Source of the DNA: an uncultured Pelagibacteraceae bacterium | GTDB taxonomy: Bacteria > Pseudomonadota > Alphaproteobacteria > Pelagibacterales > AG-422-B15 | NCBI GenBank assembly: GCA_902611715.1 | Contig: CACMAQ010000002.1 | Span: 714-64,713, forward strand | Reading direction: 5' to 3' | Length of the DNA stretch: 64,000 nucleotides | Shown: positions 62,499 to 64,000 of the stretch, in pieces | Layout of the letters: every line of letters starts with the position of its first letter | How positions within the stretch are numbered: position 1 is the first letter of the stretch | Notes under the pieces: generated by a model | Databases searched by the model: none | What the model was told of the DNA's origin: nothing | Seen by the model: only the letters and a program-made list of their open reading frames with translations | Position numbers and translations under genes: made by a program

Positions 62499-62933
62499 TT
62501 ATCTTTTTATCTGAGCGACCGCTAGTTTATCAGCAATTTCATTTCCGTAATCACCTGAATGACCTTTCACCCACTCCCATTTTATCGAGTGTTTATCGGT
62601 CAGATTGTCTAATTCAACCCAAAGATCTTTATTTTTTACGTCTTTTTTTTGTGCAGTCTTCCAATGATTGGTTTTCCATTTTTTTATCCACTCCTGAATT
62701 CCTTGCATGACATACTTTGAGTCAGTGAAAATTATTATGTCTCTTTTTTCATTAAGATAATCTAGAGCATTAATAACTGCTCTTAATTCCATTCTGTTGT
62801 TTGTGGTGTTATTTTCAGATCCACTTAACTCAATTTTCTTATCATCAATTTCAATGTAAGCTCCCCAACCTCCATTGCCCGGATTGCCTGAGCAAGCTCC
62901 ATCGGTGTACATAACAACCTTTTTAGAGGCCAT
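62499..62933 (-). CDS. rnhA: Ribonuclease HI
   Basis: YTDGACSGNPGNGGWG, TNNRMEL, TDSKYV and GHSG ... NE.AD motifs. 144 aa. Confidence 0.93.
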   Translation of the reverse strand: MASKKVVMYTDGACSGNPGNGGWGAYIEIDDKKIELSGSENNTTNNRMELRAVINALDYLNEKRDIIIFTDSKYVMQGIQEWIKKWKTNHWKTAQKKDVKNKDLWVELDNLTDKHSIKWEWVKGHSGDYGNEIADKLAVAQIKR

Positions 62934-63885
62934 ATTCGCCTACTTTTTTAACGGATTGGTGAAATTGGAGTTTAGTGAGATACTCATTAGGGTCCTTTTT
63001 AAGGATCAGTTCATTATCATCATGCGAATAGTAGTCGATTAAACGAGTTAGTAGATACCTAAGAGATGATGCTCTTGTAAGAAGAGGTATAGCTTTTTTT
63101 TCTTCTTCTGAAAATTCTCGCAACTGATTGTAACTACCCAATAAATGTTTTGCTTTTGTTGGATTGAATTCGTTATTATTTGGCTCAAAACACCATGCAT
63201 TTAGACAGATAGCAATTTCGTAAGCATAATAATCGGTGCATGCAAAATAAAAATCTATTATACCTGTAACCTCATTACCTTCAAAAAAAATATTATCTGG
63301 AAAAAGATCTGCATGAATTATACCTGAAGGTAAACTATGACCAAGGTTTCCAGATAGGAAAGTATATTCTTCATTGATTAAATCAATGACTTGCGCGTCT
63401 ATATTATCGTCAAAATTTTTTAAAGTTTGAATTAAGCTGTTGAGGTTTACAAATCCAAGCTCATTTTCTCTAGTCATTTCAAGTCTAGCTGATTCTTTAT
63501 GCATTCTTGCGATAGTGGAGCCTAAAGATGCACAGTGTATTGGTTTAATTTGATCTATTGACCTACCTTTTAAGAACGATGTGATTACAGCTTTCTTATT
63601 TTGAATTGAGTTTGAATAATTTCCTTTTTTATCTTGTATTACCTCAGGGCACTTTACATTGTTTTTATTCAAATGATTCATTAGATCAAAAAAGAATTGA
63701 AGATTATCCTGATTTGTTCTTTCTTCAAAAATAGTAAGTATGTAATTTTTTTCTAGAGTCTTTAGTAAATAATTTGAATTAGAAGTTCCACCTTTTATAC
63801 CTGAAAATTCAAGAACATTTTCAATACTATAGTGATCAGTAAAAAGATCCAGTTCTTCTCTAGATATGTGCGTATAGACTGCCAT
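62923..63885 (-). CDS. thrB: Homoserine kinase, type II (APH-fold ThrB)
   Basis: IKGGTSNSNYLL nucleotide loop and IIHADLFPDNIFF catalytic loop. thrB-rnhA synteny typical of alphaproteobacteria. Confidence 0.8.
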   Translation of the reverse strand: MAVYTHISREELDLFTDHYSIENVLEFSGIKGGTSNSNYLLKTLEKNYILTIFEERTNQDNLQFFFDLMNHLNKNNVKCPEVIQDKKGNYSNSIQNKKAVITSFLKGRSIDQIKPIHCASLGSTIARMHKESARLEMTRENELGFVNLNSLIQTLKNFDDNIDAQVIDLINEEYTFLSGNLGHSLPSGIIHADLFPDNIFFEGNEVTGIIDFYFACTDYYAYEIAICLNAWCFEPNNNEFNPTKAKHLLGSYNQLREFSEEEKKAIPLLTRASSLRYLLTRLIDYYSHDDNELILKKDPNEYLTKLQFHQSVKKVGEYGL

Positions 63886-63925
63886 AATTTATTTATAGCT
63901 TAGAAAGAGAGATATAAATAATAAA

Positions 63926-64000
63926 TTATACCTTAAGTTTACTAATTTGATCGATTGATTGTTTTACAAGCTTATCTGCACTTTGGTCGTTGATGTTTTC
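63926..64000 (-). CDS. 3' end of an unidentified CDS continuing beyond the right edge
   Basis: Minus-strand frame open from the window edge to a TAA at 63926-63928 (…ENINDQSADKLVKQSIDQISKLKV*). By synteny it could be ispH, but the 24 residues visible are not diagnostic. Confidence 0.3.
   Translation of the reverse strand, partial: ENINDQSADKLVKQSIDQISKLKV

Overview
AT-rich, extremely compact chromosome segment that looks alphaproteobacterial and SAR11/Pelagibacterales-like. Supporting signs: tilS-ftsH, rluD-rpoH, coxBA-ctaB-coxF-ctaG-coxC-surf1 and thrB-rnhA synteny, intergenic gaps mostly under 100 nt, many overlapping stops, and rpoH as the only transcription factor. I call about 66 CDS, 3 tRNAs and a few RNA or regulatory structures. 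I see no rRNA, CRISPR, transposase, integrase or recognisable defence genes. Most of the window is housekeeping: ftsH-folP-glmM-purA, isoprenoid, aromatic and NAD synthesis, glyQS, LPS glycosyltransferases, mnmA, the aa3 cytochrome oxidase operon, thrC, thrB and rnhA. The interesting part is an approximately 19-kb cluster (8.3-27 kb) for onium-compound uptake and catabolism in which every branch appears to converge on glycine betaine. Its parts are a choline-type GMC oxidoreductase plus DMT permease, proXWV, bhmT-dmgdh, a gamma-butyrobetaine/carnitine module (BBOX-like, carnitine dehydrogenase-like, BKACE, acetoacetyl-CoA synthetase, aldehyde dehydrogenase), and a translationally coupled BBOX-like dioxygenase plus small HD-domain protein that matches the TmpA/TmpB logic. 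It also holds a strikingly GC-rich, apparently horizontally acquired DddP-like M24 gene inserted gene-precisely into the operon. Secondary observations: a PaaY-like/GMC/Ntn-acylase/acyl-CoA-ligase operon, a RegA-like box upstream of cox, a palindrome in the divergent carnitine promoter, a proX-proW hairpin, two small ORFs missed by the track, and a recurring YTAR shared-stop design at convergent genes. All functional calls come from motif recognition by eye and from synteny. No database search was run.
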